A DNA stretch of 64,000 bases from Escherichia coli (GCF_003334355.1 NZ_QOWP01000005.1), one strand, 5' to 3'; shown: positions 51,233 to 60,871, numbered from the stretch's first letter. Notes: a model not told the origin generated them from the sequence alone. Translations and numbers: made by a program.

Positions 51233-54200
51233 TTACGGTCTGACAATCAGCAGATCTTCAGCCGCGCCGGTCGCCCGCCATTGGGGAACATACATTGATT
51301 CCACCATCGGTTGCGGTACCTGATACGTTCCCGGCGTCACCGCCCGCGCCAGATACACCAGCGTTACCGGTTGGTATTCATCAACGGCAACCGCCGCCAC
51401 AAAGCGATCGTCACGGAACTCAATGTGCTTAATGCTCGCCTGCTGCATCTGGTTCAGTAAGTTCTGCACTTCGCCACCACTTTGCTCCAGGCTGGCGCTA
51501 CCGTTCGCCAGATTCTGGTTTTCCAGTTCCAGACCCGCAGGCAGCAGATCCACGACTAACGCATCCGGCACGCTGTTACTGGCTTTTACCTGCAACCACA
51601 CCAGCACCAGATCGCCGCTACGTAACGAGTCCAGCGATTTGCTCTTACCATCAGTACCAAGAATATGACGCTCGATTTGCAGCACATTGTTCGCCGGTAA
51701 AGGTGCGGATTGCGGATAACCGCTGGCATCCATACGCAACCATAACGGCTGATCGCCACTGTTGCTCACCTGCAAGGTGACAAGTTGATCGCTATTCAGA
51801 TTGCTGTTTTGCGCTTTCTCGCCTGTCAGCTGCTCAGCTGAGAAAGAGGTTTGCGCCTGCCATTTACCGGGTAAATCCTGAATCGTACGGGCAGCCAGGA
51901 ACAACGCGTTACTTTCCTGCGTCGATAGCCAGCGTTCACCAAACGCCTGCTGCGAAAGTGTGTTCAGCAAAGTGTACTGCTCATCGGGTAGCAGTTTATT
52001 TTCTTCCAGCAAGGAGAGCATTAACGCGTTGTCGCGCAGTGAACTACCGTAATCACCCAGCCATATCCGCTCATCACTATTACGCGGCGTTTTCAGCGCC
52101 AGCGCAATCGCTTCTTCACCACGCGTCGCATCACCCATGGTTTTCAGCGCAACGCCAAGTTGCAGCAGCGGTAAACCAGAAGCGGCATCTGCACGATGCT
52201 CCCAGATTTCACGCAGCGCACCCAGCGGAGCCTTTTGCTGACGGGCCAACACCAGCGCAGCGTAAGACTGTACGGCGAATTTACTGGCTTTGAGATTATC
52301 CGCGTACGGGATCGACATCATGCCCGGATCTTGTAAATAGCGCAGCAGACGCTCATTACCCCGGTTAATGGCGTCTGTCGGCACGCTGTAACCCTGTTCG
52401 CCTGCGCGGACCAGGAAATCCATCACGTAAGCCGTCAGCCAGTACTCTTCGTCACCGTTTTTATCCCACAGCGCAAAGCCGCCGTTATCACGTTGCATTT
52501 GCAGCAAACGGGAAATGCCGATATCGACCGATGCACGGCGTTTCTCATCACTGTCGCCTTTGATGCCCAACGCCTGCAGTTGGGCTGCGTTGGTATAAAG
52601 TGACGGAAACAGGCCGCTGGCGGTTTGCTCAAGACAGCCGTACGGATACGCTTTTAACTCTTTGATATAACGTGCGATGTTCAGCGGTGGTTTGCCGCTC
52701 AACAACAATTGCCCTTCCAGCGTAACAGGCGAGAAGTTTTGCAATCCATCCGCCGGAATCGCCCATGTCTCACCAGGCTGTAACGCCGTACCGTAATTAA
52801 CCGTTTGTGCCGGGAACGCCGGACGGACGCCGATTTTCCACTGCTTATGCTGATCGGCAACGGTTTCACCCGGTAACGCTAACCCGCTAATGGTGGCCTG
52901 AATTTCTCCATCGCCATAACCCGGCAATGCTCGCACCGGGATAAACAGCGTAGTACGCACACCTGGCGCTAATTCAACGGCTGCGGGTGAATCGCTGACC
53001 AGTTCAAGCAAACCACTGGCGGTCAGGGCAACGTTCAGTTTTTGCGGTTTATCGGTAAGATTAGTGATATCCAGCGTCAGACGCGAGGTATCGCCACTCG
53101 CCATAAAGCGCGGCATGTTCAGTTCAGCAATCACCGGTGCGGCAACTATCACTTTACTTTCGTTGCTACCGAAGTCATCTGCCGTCCAGGCTTGCGCCAT
53201 GACGCGCAATTCACCGTTAAAATCGCCAATCGGCAGTGTAACCGAGCCTTCGCCCTGTTCGTTGAGCGTTACCGGCAGCGCCTGCTGCACGACAATATTG
53301 ACGTGATTGACCGGCGGTTTACCACCACGTTTCAGCTCATCACCATCGCCACCGAAACGCAGAGCTGCCAGACGCCCCTGACCTTCAATAACCTGACCGT
53401 AAATATCGTAAATGTCTGCGCCATAGCGTTTCTGACCAAAGAACGCCTGCCACGGATCTGGCGTGACGTAGTCAGTAATATTCAGCACACCACTATCAAC
53501 GGCAGACACCAGCACATTCACCTGTTTAGGCTTCTCGCCATTTTTAGTGCTGGCTTTAATTTTCACGGTTAATGGTTGATTGGGACGCATTTTTGCTGGT
53601 GTTTCCAGCGCCAGATCGAGGCGACGGTTTTCATCGCCAAGCGGCAGATGCAACACACCAACCGCGCGTTTTGGCGTCGCGGAGCGAGATTTATCGCCAG
53701 GACGTACCACCAGCGTACTTAAATACAGATCATGACGATTCCAGGTTTTATCGACCGGAATCGTCAGATCCAGCCCTTGAGCCCGAACATCAATCTCTTG
53801 CCACCACAGCGGCCCTTCACTGGACTCGACCATCGCATAACCTTTACCCGCCGTTGGCGCGGCGATATGCAACTTAATGGTGTCGCCAGGGCGATAACTG
53901 GCTTTATCCAGTTTCAGCGTGACACGGTCGGGTCGCACTGCGCCGCTACCGTCGCTGTTGTCCTGCCAGCTATAGCCAGCCCAGAAACGAACACTACTGA
54001 CCGCTTCATTCGGCGCTTTGACTTCCAGACGATAAGCGCCCCACTCTACCGGAAAACTGACCTTGCCGGTTTCGTCCGCTTTCAGATCCAGAGTTTGTTC
54101 ATTTTCGATCAGATCTTTTTGATCAAACTGTGACTGCCAGCCTTCATCTTCTGACCAGTTCCAGTAGTAATCGCGGCGTTCGCGAATCAGGCGCACCTGC

Positions 54201-56194
54201 AAGCCCGACACGGCTTTTTTCACGCCTTGCGCATCGCTATAAACGATGTCAAAAGCGGCGTTACTGCCTTCATCAACAATGGGCTGTTTCACCGTGCTGT
54301 CAGTACGATAATCGTAAACCGATTTCGAGGCGAACTGCGGACGGATCCCCGGCAATGCATCGGCAGGCCAGATAGCCTGCTCAGCGCGGCGCGTCACCGG
54401 GCGACCGCCCGATTCCAGCAAACTACCCTGGAAAATAACCTGTAATGGGGAATGCGTTTCCTTCCACTGGCTTTCTGTAGAAACTTCGCCGCGCCCTTTA
54501 TCATCCAGCGTCAACTGAACTTCATCCAGCGTGCGGGAAAGATTTTCGGCAGCTATATCGCCGAATTCAAAACCAGGTAAGGCTGACACAGCTTCACGCA
54601 GTGGGCGCAGGAAAAGTTGCCCTTGCAAAGTATTACCATTAGCAGGTGCACCATACAGGTAGTACCCCACCACGGAGAATTTCACTTCATCTTTCGGCGT
54701 TAGCGGGGTTTTTTCACCGGTCAGATTCAGCGCCATGCGCTCTGGCATAAAATCTTCGACGTGGAAATCCCACATCCGATACTGGTTATCGCCCGTGTTA
54801 GCGCGAATATGCCACATACCGGTTGCCGCATTGCTATCGAGTGGCCAGGTAAAGTGGTAGAGGCCATTCTCCGGCTGACTAACGACGCTCCTGAGTACCT
54901 GCCCATCGGGTTTAATCACGTCTAACTTGATGGGTTGATTGGGCAACGCTTTACCGTCTGCATCACGCAGCAAACCATTGAGGATTACCGTTTCACCTGG
55001 GCGATAAAGATCGCGTGGGCCAAACATGAAAAACTGTTTGCTATAGCCTGGCGCGCCAGCAATGTTAAATTCTGCTAAGTCCAGCGCCGGAAGTTTTAAA
55101 TCGAGTAGCGTTGTCTGACCGTCTTTACGCGCCAACAGTAATGCCGCGTTTTTATCATTTTCCAGCTGCACATGCCCCTGAGCGTCACTGGTTGCCTGAG
55201 TCAGAGTCTGCCCTTTCTCATTTAATAAAGAGACTTCAATTCCTTGCTGGGCCGCGCCGTTTTCCAGACTTTGGGTAAAGATATCCAGACGATTGTGATA
55301 ACGGTGAGCTGAAACGCCGATATCACTTAACGTAAACAGCGTCGCGGGATTACTGTAATCGTAACGTCCAGCCTGATTCATCACAGCCAGATACACGCCC
55401 GCCTGCTGAAGCGGTTTGATATCGCCCAGCGGCAGCAATAATTTTTCACGGGTGTTACGCGCAGGATTGAGATCAAACCGTCCGGTGTAGACCAGATCCG
55501 CCATCTGCAGCAGTTTGTCTGACTGCCAGTTCGCCAGCGAATTGCGGTATTCCCATTGGCTAATGAATGCTGGCAGAGATTCTGGCTTAACGCGGAAGAA
55601 GTTAACATCGACATTATTAACGTTGAGCGCCATTACCGGCAGCCCTTCAACGACTTTGCCAGGCAGCAGCGAACCACGGCTGGCAAAACCGACGCTGGGT
55701 TGGATGTCGCGGGTAGTTATAGTTTTTTCGTAATCTTTACTGAAGGTTGCGTTGTTGAGTGCTTTGACCTCCTTGCCAATAGTAACGATCAAATCACGTT
55801 TCGGTTCGAGGTGGCGTAAACGTAACTCTTTAAGATTATCTGACAGCTCCCAGGCACCATCCACTTTGCCGCTTTTTTTATCGACGACATGAATAACGCG
55901 TGAGAAATCCTGATCCGGGTCGAGAGGGATGGAGAACGTCAGCACCAGCGTGGCTGCACCATCAAGTTGGACTTCAGAGAGATCCAGCAATGTCAGCACC
56001 TTACCGGCACTCTGTTGGGCCAGTTTTTGTCTCTCCGGCACGGAGAGTTTTGCTGAACTCGCGTTTTCTGAAGAGGCCGCTTTAGTAACTTCAGAAGGCG
56101 CATCTTTTTTCACCGCTGTTGGCGCGTTATCGTTGTTGTCGCACCCTGCCAGCGCCAGCATTAGCATGCAGGCGGCTACGCGTAACTTTTTCAT
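51233..56194 (-). CDS. yfhM: Alpha-2-macroglobulin family lipoprotein (ECAM/YfhM)
   Basis: 1653-aa ORF with lipoprotein signal (MKKLRVAACMLMLALAGCDNN) and a thioester motif (GCLEQ). Confidence 0.93.
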   Translation of the reverse strand: MKKLRVAACMLMLALAGCDNNDNAPTAVKKDAPSEVTKAASSENASSAKLSVPERQKLAQQSAGKVLTLLDLSEVQLDGAATLVLTFSIPLDPDQDFSRVIHVVDKKSGKVDGAWELSDNLKELRLRHLEPKRDLIVTIGKEVKALNNATFSKDYEKTITTRDIQPSVGFASRGSLLPGKVVEGLPVMALNVNNVDVNFFRVKPESLPAFISQWEYRNSLANWQSDKLLQMADLVYTGRFDLNPARNTREKLLLPLGDIKPLQQAGVYLAVMNQAGRYDYSNPATLFTLSDIGVSAHRYHNRLDIFTQSLENGAAQQGIEVSLLNEKGQTLTQATSDAQGHVQLENDKNAALLLARKDGQTTLLDLKLPALDLAEFNIAGAPGYSKQFFMFGPRDLYRPGETVILNGLLRDADGKALPNQPIKLDVIKPDGQVLRSVVSQPENGLYHFTWPLDSNAATGMWHIRANTGDNQYRMWDFHVEDFMPERMALNLTGEKTPLTPKDEVKFSVVGYYLYGAPANGNTLQGQLFLRPLREAVSALPGFEFGDIAAENLSRTLDEVQLTLDDKGRGEVSTESQWKETHSPLQVIFQGSLLESGGRPVTRRAEQAIWPADALPGIRPQFASKSVYDYRTDSTVKQPIVDEGSNAAFDIVYSDAQGVKKAVSGLQVRLIRERRDYYWNWSEDEGWQSQFDQKDLIENEQTLDLKADETGKVSFPVEWGAYRLEVKAPNEAVSSVRFWAGYSWQDNSDGSGAVRPDRVTLKLDKASYRPGDTIKLHIAAPTAGKGYAMVESSEGPLWWQEIDVRAQGLDLTIPVDKTWNRHDLYLSTLVVRPGDKSRSATPKRAVGVLHLPLGDENRRLDLALETPAKMRPNQPLTVKIKASTKNGEKPKQVNVLVSAVDSGVLNITDYVTPDPWQAFFGQKRYGADIYDIYGQVIEGQGRLAALRFGGDGDELKRGGKPPVNHVNIVVQQALPVTLNEQGEGSVTLPIGDFNGELRVMAQAWTADDFGSNESKVIVAAPVIAELNMPRFMASGDTSRLTLDITNLTDKPQKLNVALTASGLLELVSDSPAAVELAPGVRTTLFIPVRALPGYGDGEIQATISGLALPGETVADQHKQWKIGVRPAFPAQTVNYGTALQPGETWAIPADGLQNFSPVTLEGQLLLSGKPPLNIARYIKELKAYPYGCLEQTASGLFPSLYTNAAQLQALGIKGDSDEKRRASVDIGISRLLQMQRDNGGFALWDKNGDEEYWLTAYVMDFLVRAGEQGYSVPTDAINRGNERLLRYLQDPGMMSIPYADNLKASKFAVQSYAALVLARQQKAPLGALREIWEHRADAASGLPLLQLGVALKTMGDATRGEEAIALALKTPRNSDERIWLGDYGSSLRDNALMLSLLEENKLLPDEQYTLLNTLSQQAFGERWLSTQESNALFLAARTIQDLPGKWQAQTSFSAEQLTGEKAQNSNLNSDQLVTLQVSNSGDQPLWLRMDASGYPQSAPLPANNVLQIERHILGTDGKSKSLDSLRSGDLVLVWLQVKASNSVPDALVVDLLPAGLELENQNLANGSASLEQSGGEVQNLLNQMQQASIKHIEFRDDRFVAAVAVDEYQPVTLVYLARAVTPGTYQVPQPMVESMYVPQWRATGAAEDLLIVRP

Positions 56195-56400
56195 TTTTCA
56201 TCCCTGCCACAATGGCCCGTTAGCAACGTCGAATAATTATTATGCGTGAGAATTTACGTTATGTAATTCAGTATCACGCCCATACAATCCGAATTTTAGT
56301 GAGAATTGTGGCTCAGACAGCCAAATCAGCCTCTTTTGCTTGTCGCTTTTCACTAAACATCCGACAATTTAGCCTAACCCCGGCAAAAATGGAGATGCCT

Positions 56401-57246
56401 ATGTCCACGACATGGTTTGTAGGAGCCGACTGGCTCGCCGAACATATTGATGACCCGGAAATTCAGATTATCGATGCCCGCATGGCGTCGCCTGGACAGG
56501 AGGATCGTAACGTTGCTCAGGAGTATCTGAATGGACATATTCCCGGCGCAGTGTTTTTTGATATCGAAGCGCTTTCTGATCACACTTCCCCGCTTCCGCA
56601 CATGCTGCCGCGCCCGGAAACGTTCGCCGTGGCGATGCGTGAATTAGGCGTTAACCAGGATAAGCACCTGATTGTCTATGACGAAGGTAATCTTTTCTCA
56701 GCCCCACGAGCATGGTGGATGCTGCGCACCTTTGGTGTAGAGAAAGTGTCGATTCTGGGGGGTGGACTTGCAGGCTGGCAGCGCGATGATCTGCTGTTAG
56801 AAGAAGGTGCAGTAGAGCTGCCGGAAGGAGAGTTTAACGCCGCGTTTAATCCTGAAGCCGTGGTGAAAGTAACCGATGTATTATTGGCAAGCCATGAAAA
56901 TACGGCGCAAATTATTGATGCCCGCCCGGCTGCACGTTTTAACGCAGAAGTTGATGAACCTCGCCCAGGTTTACGTCGCGGACATATTCCCGGAGCACTG
57001 AATGTTCCGTGGACGGAACTGGTGCGCGAAGGCGAACTAAAAACGACCGATGAACTGGATGCGATATTTTTTGGTCGCGGCGTCAGCTACGACAAACCAA
57101 TTATCGTCAGCTGCGGCTCTGGTGTAACGGCAGCCGTGGTTTTGTTAGCACTCGCGACGCTGGATGTGCCAAACGTGAAACTGTACGACGGCGCATGGAG
57201 TGAATGGGGCGCGCGGGCAGATTTACCGGTTGAGCCAGTGAAATAA
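56401..57246 (+). CDS. sseA: 3-mercaptopyruvate sulfurtransferase (rhodanese-domain protein)
   Basis: Track ORF 56242..57246; start at MSTTWFVGADWLAEHIDDPEIQIIDARM gives 281 aa; active-site CGSGVTA. Confidence 0.93.
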   Translation: MSTTWFVGADWLAEHIDDPEIQIIDARMASPGQEDRNVAQEYLNGHIPGAVFFDIEALSDHTSPLPHMLPRPETFAVAMRELGVNQDKHLIVYDEGNLFSAPRAWWMLRTFGVEKVSILGGGLAGWQRDDLLLEEGAVELPEGEFNAAFNPEAVVKVTDVLLASHENTAQIIDARPAARFNAEVDEPRPGLRRGHIPGALNVPWTELVREGELKTTDELDAIFFGRGVSYDKPIIVSCGSGVTAAVVLLALATLDVPNVKLYDGAWSEWGARADLPVEPVK

Positions 57247-57262
57247 GTATTTTACAGGCAAT

Positions 57263-57292
57263 AAAAAACCGCCGAATTTGGCGGTTTTTTAT
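57263..57292 (+). terminator. Intrinsic terminator after sseA
   Basis: aaaaaa-ccgcc-gaatttg-ggcgg-tttttt (A-run, hairpin, T-run). Confidence 0.7.
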
Positions 57293-57590
57293 TGCTAGTC
57301 TGGTTCGCGGCCTTTCCAGCAGGTTGACTTGTGTTACATGAGCAACGCAGGTGCTTCACAGCAAAACAATACTCACCAGTAACTCTCTTTTTGTCAAGCA
57401 AAAGAGAGTAATTATTGTTTATTTAGCGTATTATCGACACCGGCCCTTTCCGCCGTGTTCGGTAATAAAATAACCTGGCTTATTAGTCCGAATTCAGACA
57501 AATATAAACAAATCCTGCTCAAAATTAAAAATTCTAACCGGTAAAAGATATTACTTAAACATGTAAATTCACTTTCCTTTAAAAAACAAA
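57287..57590 (+). ncRNA. ryfA: RyfA-like small RNA region (copy 1 of a tandemly duplicated unit)
   Basis: About 300 nt bounded by two intrinsic terminators, no ORF over 20 codons with a credible start; contains the 10-bp perfect inverted repeat actctctttt/aaaagagagt. A RyfA sRNA is described between sseA and sseB in E. coli. Boundaries approximate; strand inferred. Confidence 0.4.
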
Positions 57591-57618
57591 AAACCGCCAA
57601 AATCAGGCGGTTTTTTGT
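57585..57618 (+). terminator. Intrinsic terminator between the two repeat copies
   Basis: aaaaaacaaaaaa-ccgcc-aaaatca-ggcgg-tttttt. Confidence 0.7.
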
Positions 57619-57620
57619 TG

Positions 57621-57790
57621 CTGGTCCGGTTCGCGGCCTTTCCAGCAGGTTGTATTACCGTAGTAATGCAAGCGCGTCTCAGCGGAGACAATACTCGCCA
57701 GTAACTCTCTTTTTGTCAAGCAAAAGAGAGTTATTATTGTTCTGTTAGTGTATTATCCACTGCGGCCCTTTCCGCCGTCTCGCAAACGGG
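57621..57790 (+). repeat. Second copy of the RyfA-like unit (direct repeat of 57296-57465, period about 325 bp)
   Basis: Shared blocks ggttcgcggcctttccagcaggtt, caatactc[a/g]ccagtaactctctttttgtcaagcaaaagagagt[a/t]attattgtt and cggccctttccgccgt in the same order and spacing as copy 1, with diverged stretches in between. Confidence 0.7.
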
Positions 57791-57907
57791 CGCTGGCTTT
57801 AGGAAAGGATGTTCCGTGGCCGTAAATGCAGGTGTTTCACAGCGCTTGCTATCGCGGCAATATCGCCAGTGGTGCTGTCGTGATGCGGTCTTCGCATGGA
57901 CCGCACA

Positions 57908-58033
57908 ATGAAGATACGGTGCTTTTGTATCGTACTTATTGTTTCTGGTGCGCTGTTAACCGAGGTAAATAATAACCGGAGTCTCTCCGGCGATAATTTA
58001 CTGGTGGTTAACAACCTTCAGAGCAGCAAGTAA
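57908..58033 (+). CDS. Candidate small hydrophobic protein (41 aa), possible type I toxin of RyfA/TimP type
   Basis: ATG 57908 to TAA 58031-58033: MKIRCFCIVLIVSGALLTEVNNNRSLSGDNLLVVNNLQSSK; hydrophobic N-terminal stretch, followed directly by a terminator hairpin. No strong Shine-Dalgarno. Speculative. Confidence 0.25.
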   Translation: MKIRCFCIVLIVSGALLTEVNNNRSLSGDNLLVVNNLQSSK

Positions 58034-58036
58034 GCC

Positions 58037-58065
58037 CGAATGCCGCCCTTTGGGCGGCATATTTT
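58037..58065 (+). terminator. Intrinsic terminator at the end of the RyfA-like region
   Basis: Hairpin atgccgccc-ttt-gggcggcat followed by atttt, immediately before the sseB stop on the opposite strand. Confidence 0.65.
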
Positions 58066-58840
58066 AGATTATCCGATTCTGTTTAAAGTCACGCAAAAAA
58101 CCACCCCAGCGACGTTCATAGAATGGCGCAATATGTTCGGTAATAAAGTGGCTAATTCCTTTTTCCCCTTTTTTCACCTGACAAATATCGATTGGTTCAT
58201 CGCCAGGTAATGTATCGGTCGCTACACTTCCCGTCGCCTGAATAATTTCTTCGATATCACCATCGGCTTCAATGCCAATAAGTAAATTAGGCTGTGCCTC
58301 TTCGTTCTCTTTAATTGAACAAATAAAAGCACGCTTCACCGGCTTAATGGTTTTAAATAAGGTGGTGAGTGAATCAATCATTTGTGCTGGCGGCTCTGCG
58401 ACTTCCGATAATATCAGCGATTCACCGCCTTCCAGGATTTCCTGGCTGCTCAGCGGATTTCCCTCTTCACCAATCAACAAACTGATTTCACGCGGCATAA
58501 ATTCTTTACCGGTTGGCAGTTTGGCATTAAGGAAGAGCGTTTCGCCAAGTGTCATCTCAAACAGCGTGCGAACGGGCATTACGACAAATGCCTGTTCGTC
58601 TTCAACCGCCTGTTGAAGTGCTTCTAACGAGGTGAAAAAAGGAATGACGCTGGTGCCGTCTTCTTTTTCCCAGTGCTGTAAATCAAGCGCGCTATCTTCA
58701 ACCACAGCCTCGCCCTGCGCCGCCGTACCAGGCACCCAGACGGTGGATTCCAGTAGAGTACGGAAAAAGGCCGGGCGGTGCGCCGGTTCAGTTGCTGCTT
58801 TTTCCAGCAGGTCTTCAAGTTCGTTTTTTGTTTCGGACAT
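58064..58840 (-). CDS. sseB: Protein SseB (enhanced serine sensitivity protein)
   Basis: Track ORF 58064..58849; start at MSETKNELEDLLEKAATEPAHRPAFF gives about 258 aa. Confidence 0.88.
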   Translation of the reverse strand: MSETKNELEDLLEKAATEPAHRPAFFRTLLESTVWVPGTAAQGEAVVEDSALDLQHWEKEDGTSVIPFFTSLEALQQAVEDEQAFVVMPVRTLFEMTLGETLFLNAKLPTGKEFMPREISLLIGEEGNPLSSQEILEGGESLILSEVAEPPAQMIDSLTTLFKTIKPVKRAFICSIKENEEAQPNLLIGIEADGDIEEIIQATGSVATDTLPGDEPIDICQVKKGEKGISHFITEHIAPFYERRWGGFLRDFKQNRII

Positions 58841-58869
58841 AAGAACCACAATTCATTCAACGTTCGGGG

Positions 58870-58976
<107 letters not shown>

Positions 58977-58981
58977 TTAGT

Positions 58982-60265
58982 TTACGCCGTTAACAGATTA
59001 GCTATCGTGCGCACACCAAGTCCCGTAGCGCCCGCAGACCACTGTTCAACCGGCGCTTTACGGTAAGTCGCCGAGCAGTCGATATGCAGCCAGCCTTGCT
59101 GATAGTTCTCAACAAAGTGCGACAGGAAGCCCGCCGCCGTGCTCGCGCCTGCCGGATACGCCGCGCTTCCGGTATTGTTCAGTTCGGCAAAGTTAGACGG
59201 CAGCTGGCTGCGGTGGAACTCCGCCAGCGGCAGACGCCAGAACGGTTCGTTCTCCTGCGCGGCACTCGCCAGCAAGCGACCGGCCAGCGCATCGTCAAAA
59301 CTGAACAGCGCGTGATAATCATTACCCAGCGCAGTTTTCGCCGCCCCGGTGAGGGTCGCCGCATCAATGATCATTTCCGGTTTCTGCGCACTGGCATCAA
59401 TCAGACCATCGGCAAGCACCAGACGCCCTTCGGCATCAGTGTTCATCACTTCAACTTTTTTACCGTTGCGATAGGTGATGATATCGCCCAGCTTGAACGC
59501 ATTGCCGCTAATCAGGTTATCCGCACAGCAGAGGAACAGCTTCACGCGCTTGTTCAGTCCGCGCGTAATGGCAAATGCCAGCGCCCCGGTAACCGTTGCC
59601 GCGCCGCCCATGTCCGACTTCATCGAGTCCATAAACGCAGTCTGTTTGATGCTGTAGCCGCCGGAGTCAAAAGTGATACCTTTACCTACCAGGCACGCGT
59701 ACACTGGCGCTTCTTTATCGCCAGTTGGGTTGCAATCCAGCGCCAGCAATACCGGAGAACGTTCTGAACCGCGTCCGACGGTGTGCAGCCCCATATAACC
59801 TTGCTCACGCAGATCTTCGCCTTTGGTGATCCGATAAGTCACACGATCGCCCGCGACGTTGCTGATCAGATCAACAGCACGCTGTGCCAGTTGCGATGGT
59901 CCCAATTCTTCTGCCGGTGCGTTGATGGTGTCACGCACCCAGTCGATGATCATCAGGCGGTTATCCAGTTCCTGGCGCTGGGCATCGTCCAGATCCGGCC
60001 ACTCCACTTTACGCGTGCCTTTCGGGGCTTTGTAACCTTGCCAGAATGCCCAGCAGCGATCCGCATCCCAACCTTCACCGCTTAACTGAACATGCTTGAT
60101 GCCCAGACCGTCAATCTTGCGGGCCGCACGCTGGATCAGCCCCAGATCGTCTGCCCCGTTCAAATGCAGGGTAATGCCATCATTATTAATGCTGTAAGTT
60201 GCTTTTTCTCCCCAGCGCGCGTCGGCAGGTTGGGTAGAGAGGGTAATTTTCATCGCTTCTGTCAT
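58982..60265 (-). CDS. pepB: Peptidase B (M17 leucyl aminopeptidase family)
   Basis: 427-aa [33 protein letters not shown]... with the M17 active-site motif NTDAEGRL. Confidence 0.95.
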   Translation of the reverse strand: MTEAMKITLSTQPADARWGEKATYSINNDGITLHLNGADDLGLIQRAARKIDGLGIKHVQLSGEGWDADRCWAFWQGYKAPKGTRKVEWPDLDDAQRQELDNRLMIIDWVRDTINAPAEELGPSQLAQRAVDLISNVAGDRVTYRITKGEDLREQGYMGLHTVGRGSERSPVLLALDCNPTGDKEAPVYACLVGKGITFDSGGYSIKQTAFMDSMKSDMGGAATVTGALAFAITRGLNKRVKLFLCCADNLISGNAFKLGDIITYRNGKKVEVMNTDAEGRLVLADGLIDASAQKPEMIIDAATLTGAAKTALGNDYHALFSFDDALAGRLLASAAQENEPFWRLPLAEFHRSQLPSNFAELNNTGSAAYPAGASTAAGFLSHFVENYQQGWLHIDCSATYRKAPVEQWSAGATGLGVRTIANLLTA

Positions 60266-60283
60266 TTTAGTTATCCTTATTCG

Positions 60284-60312
60284 TTTAACAGCAAAACGGG
60301 CTACCCCAGGCA
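60284..60312 (-). terminator. Probable intrinsic terminator after iscX (end of the isc operon)
   Basis: Minus-strand hairpin aaacgggctgcc-tgg-ggtagcccgttt followed by a short T-rich tract, between iscX and pepB. Confidence 0.5.
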
Positions 60313-60322
60313 GCCCGTTTAT

Positions 60323-60523
60323 TCATTCGGCCTCGTCCAGCCAGACTAACAAAATCGCTTCGAGGATTTTCTCGTTGGATGCCTGCGGGTCGTCGTCGAA
60401 ATCTTCCAGATCGCAAATCCACTGATGCATATCGGTGAATCGAACCGTTTTCGGATCAAGATCGGGATACGCATCGTACAGTGCTTCGCCAATTTCGCGG
60501 CTATCGGTCCACTTAAGTCCCAT
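60323..60523 (-). CDS. iscX: Fe-S cluster assembly protein IscX
   Basis: 66-aa acidic [48 protein letters not shown]... Confidence 0.93.
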
Positions 60524-60534
60524 ACTAACCTCTG

Positions 60535-60870
60535 TTAATGCTCACGCGCATGGTTGATAGTGTAACGCGGGATTTCGACTACTAAATCTTCGTCGGTAAC
60601 GCGCGCCTGGCAGCTTAAACGGCTTTCCGGCTCCAGTCCCCAGGCTTTGTCCAGCATGTCGTCTTCCTGCTCTGAGCTTTCCGGCAGTGAGTCAAAACCT
60701 TCACGAACGATGCAGTGGCAGGTGGTGCAAGCACAGGATTTTTCACAGGCGTGTTCAATCTCGATACCGTTACGCAGAGCTGCGTCGAGAATGGTTTCAC
60801 CGCTATTAGCTTCCAGAACAGCGCCATCAGGGCAGAGATCCTGATGAGGCAAAATAACAATCTTTGGCAT
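60535..60870 (-). CDS. fdx: [2Fe-2S] ferredoxin of the isc operon
   Basis: 111-aa [25 protein letters not shown]... with cluster ligands in ...[11 protein letters not shown]... Confidence 0.95.
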
Positions 60871-60871
60871 A

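Noticed and set aside
57412-57600. 62-aa minus-strand ORF inside the RyfA-like region
   Set aside because: It starts at a non-ATG (TTG) codon inside a terminator hairpin, has no RBS and an odd composition, and spans AT-rich spacer sequence; likely spurious.
57263-57790. Possible CRISPR array or other multi-copy repeat in the sseA-sseB spacer
   Set aside because: There are only two copies, with a roughly 325-bp period and internal divergence; no short regular repeat-spacer architecture and no cas genes. It is better explained as a duplicated sRNA/toxin-antitoxin-like unit.
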